NCBI RefSeq assembly: GCF_963921235.1
Contig: NC_086107.1
Span: forward strand, 114,020,001 to 114,084,000
Direction of reading: 5' to 3'
DNA length: 64,000 nucleotides
Origin: Mobula hypostoma
Taxonomy: Eukaryota
In this document: positions 61,192 through 64,000 of the stretch, in pieces
How positions within the stretch are numbered: the stretch's first letter is position 1
How the letters are laid out: each line of letters opens with the position of its first letter
Position numbers and translations under genes: made by a program
Notes under the pieces: generated by a model
Told to the model about the DNA's origin: nothing
What the model saw: only the letters and a program-made list of their open reading frames with translations
Databases searched by the model: none

Positions 61192-61561
61192 CATCACTGA
61201 GCATCATTTAGCTTTTGGGTGTGAATGGTTACCGTGGTGATCTGGGATGTGGCGTTCCGGGGTGGTGAGGACAGGAACGTGGGACAGGGAGGGGGGAGAG
61301 GGTGAGGGGGAGGAAGGGTATTGTCCCCAGTGCGGTTTGATGGGAGGAACACGGGAGATTGGAGAAGCAGGAATCTGCAGGGACAGAGATCAGCACCACA
61401 ACACACACCACAGAGACCGTCGGGGAGAGACACCGTCTTTAACCAATAACACTGATGTTCCTGGATTGGGCTGGTGGACACCCCCACTTTGACAAGGGTA
61501 AGTGGTGAGAAAAGCACTCCCTCTTTAGGAACAGTCGATCAGACACAGACCTCCCCTTTAT

Positions 61562-63545
61562 AAACAATAGGTGCAGGAGTAGGCCATTCGGCCCTTCGAG
61601 TCAGCACTGCCATTCACTGTGATCATGGCTGATCATCCACTATCAGTATCCATTTCCTGCCTTATCCCCATAACCTTTGATTCCGCTATCTTTAAGAGCT
61701 CTATCCGTCTCTTTCTTGAAAGCATCCAGAGACTTGGCCTCCACAGCCTTCAGGGGCAGAGCATTCCATATATCCACCACTCTCTGGGTGAAAAAATTTT
61801 TCCTCAACTCCGTTCTAAATGGCCTACCCCTTATTCTTAAACTGTGACCTCTGGTTCTAGACTCACCCATCGGCGGGAACATGCTTCCTGCCTCCAGCAT
61901 GTCCAATCCCTTAATAATCTTATATGTTTCAATAAGATCCCCGCTCAGCCTTCTAAGTTCCAGAGTATACAAGCCCAGTCACTCCAACCTTTCAACATAT
62001 GACAGTCCCACTATCCCGGGAATTAACCTTGTGAACCTACCCTGCACTCCCTCAATAGGAAGAATGTCCTTCCTCAAATTTGGAGACCAAAACTGCACAC
62101 AGTACTCCAGGTGTGATCTCATTCAATTCCCCTTGTTATGAAGGCCAGCATGCCATTAGCTTTCTTCACTGCCTGCTGTACTTGCATGCTTGCTTTCAGC
62201 GACTGATGTACAAGAACACCTGGATCTCATTGTACTTCCCCTTTTCCTAACTTGACTCCATTTAGATAATAATCTGCCTTCCTGTTCTTACCACCAAAGT
62301 GGATAACCTCACATTTATCCACATTAAACTGCATCTGCCCACTCACCCAGCCTCTCCAAGTCACCCTGCATTCTCATAACATCCTCCTCACATTTCACAC
62401 TGCCACCCAGCTTTGTGTCATCGGCAAATTTGCTAATGTTACTTTTAATTCCCTCATCTAAATCACTAATATATATTGTAAACAGCTGCGGTCCCAGCAC
62501 TGAACCCTGCAGTACCCCACTGGTCATCACCTGCCATTCCGAAAGGGACCCGTTAATCACTACTCTTTGTTTTCTGTCAGCCAGCCAATTTTCAGTCCAG
62601 GTCGGTACTCTGCCCCCAATACCATGTGCCCTAATGTTGCCCACTAATCTCCTATGTGGGACTTTATCAAAGGCTTTCTGAAAGTCCAGGTACACTACAT
62701 ACACTGGCTCTCCCTTGTCCATTTTCACAGTTACATCCTCAAAAAATTCCAGAAGATTAGTCAAGCACGATTTCTCCTTCGTAAATCCATGCTGTCTCGG
62801 ACCGATCCTGTTACTGCTATCCAGATGTGTCGTAATTTCATCTTTTATAATTGACTCCAGCATCTTTCCCACCACCAACATCAGGCTAACCGGTCTATAT
62901 TTCCCTGTTTTCTCTCTTCCTCCCTTCTTGAAGAGAGGGACAACATCTCCAATCCACGCTCCAATCCACAGGAACTGATCCTGAATCTATAGAACATTGG
63001 AAAATGATTACCAATGGGTCCACGATTTCTAAACCCACCTCCTTAAGTACCCTGGGATGCAGACCATCAGGTCCCTGTGACTTAGCAGCCTTCAGACCCA
63101 ACAGTCTATCCAACACCATTTCCTGCCTAATATAAATATCCTTCAGTTCATCCATTACCCTAGGTCCTTTGGCCACTATTATATCTGGGAGATTGTTTGT
63201 GTCTTCCCTAGTGAAGACAGATCGAAAGTACCTGTTCAACTGCTCTGCTATTTCCTTGTTCCCCATAATAAATTCAGCCGTTTCTGTCTTCAAGGGCCCA
63301 GTTTTGGTCTTAACTATTTTTTTCCTTTTCACATACCTAAAGAAGCTTTTACTATCCTCCTTTATATTCTTGGCTAGTTTATCTTTGTACCTCATTTTTT
63401 CTCCGCGTATTGCCTTTTTAGTTACCTTCTGTTGCTCTTTAAAAGTTTCCCAATCCTCTGGCTTCCCACTCATCTTTGCTATGTTATACTTCTTCTCTTT
63501 TTATTTTTATACTGTTGTTACTTCTCTTGTCAGCCACGGCCGCCC
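61562..63545 (-). mobile_element. 5'-truncated CR1 LINE (RT region to 3' end), disrupted
   Basis: ORF pieces 62895-63473, 62324-62881 (DFQKAFDKVPH, KFADD) and 61643-61972. Confidence 0.92.
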
Positions 63546-64000
63546 CTTAATTGGGGTCTTTAATGGGAGGAAGATCCTTTCTTTCTCAGAGGTTCCTGAT
63601 GGGGGTCAGATTCCCTCTTTAACTGGTGACACACACACACAATCTATACCCCTCATAATTTTGTATACCTCTATCAAAGTTACTCTCAATCTTCTACATT
63701 ACAAGGTACACAGGCCCTGGTTGTAAAGCTTGTTGATTAATACTGAGGGGATAATAAATTTTTTTTGTCTTTCTCTGTGTCCCTTTCACTTCTGTTTTAT
63801 TGCGAGCCTGGGCACTGGGAAAGGCTCAATACATAAAGGATACATCAGTCAGGATGTCAAATTATGCCAGAAGGGTGACATTGAAACTGGCCGGTGACGT
63901 TGATCAAACTTACCTGACGTAAGAACCAAATTAAACTGTGTTATTGTAACTGCTTCAAGTGAGAACCAAAGGTTTATCATTTACATTGAGAATGTACAAA

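Overview
Repeat-dense vertebrate genomic DNA. The CR1 LINEs, HE1-like V-SINE, Rex1/HERO fragments and Penelope-type tail suggest a cartilaginous fish (inferred only). There is one convincing host gene: a perforin-1-like MACPF-EGF-C2 ORF at 58522-60237 (+). Its coding region has no intron, and it has a likely non-coding first exon about 2.7 kb upstream. Relative to mammalian perforin (compared from memory) it has lost two EGF cysteines, has a shortened TMH1 hairpin, has neutral residues at the oligomerisation charge positions, and has an extended tail. Upstream (about 8.9-46.6 kb) is a rearrangement complex built from a locally repeated cassette ('S': (GT)n, unique segment U1, 47-bp minisatellite, unique segment U2), present as about 9 whole or partial copies in both orientations. 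The complex contains a four-level nest (47-bp minisatellite > hAT with 8-bp TSD > CR1-A > CR1-B), a ~4.5-kb higher-order minisatellite expansion, and a near-identical tandem duplication with ~19.3-kb period whose second copy lost ~8.7 kb. No rRNA, tRNA gene or CRISPR is supported. All reverse-transcriptase ORFs are non-LTR retrotransposon remnants. Alignments were done by eye, and repeat boundaries are approximate unless a TSD or junction is quoted.
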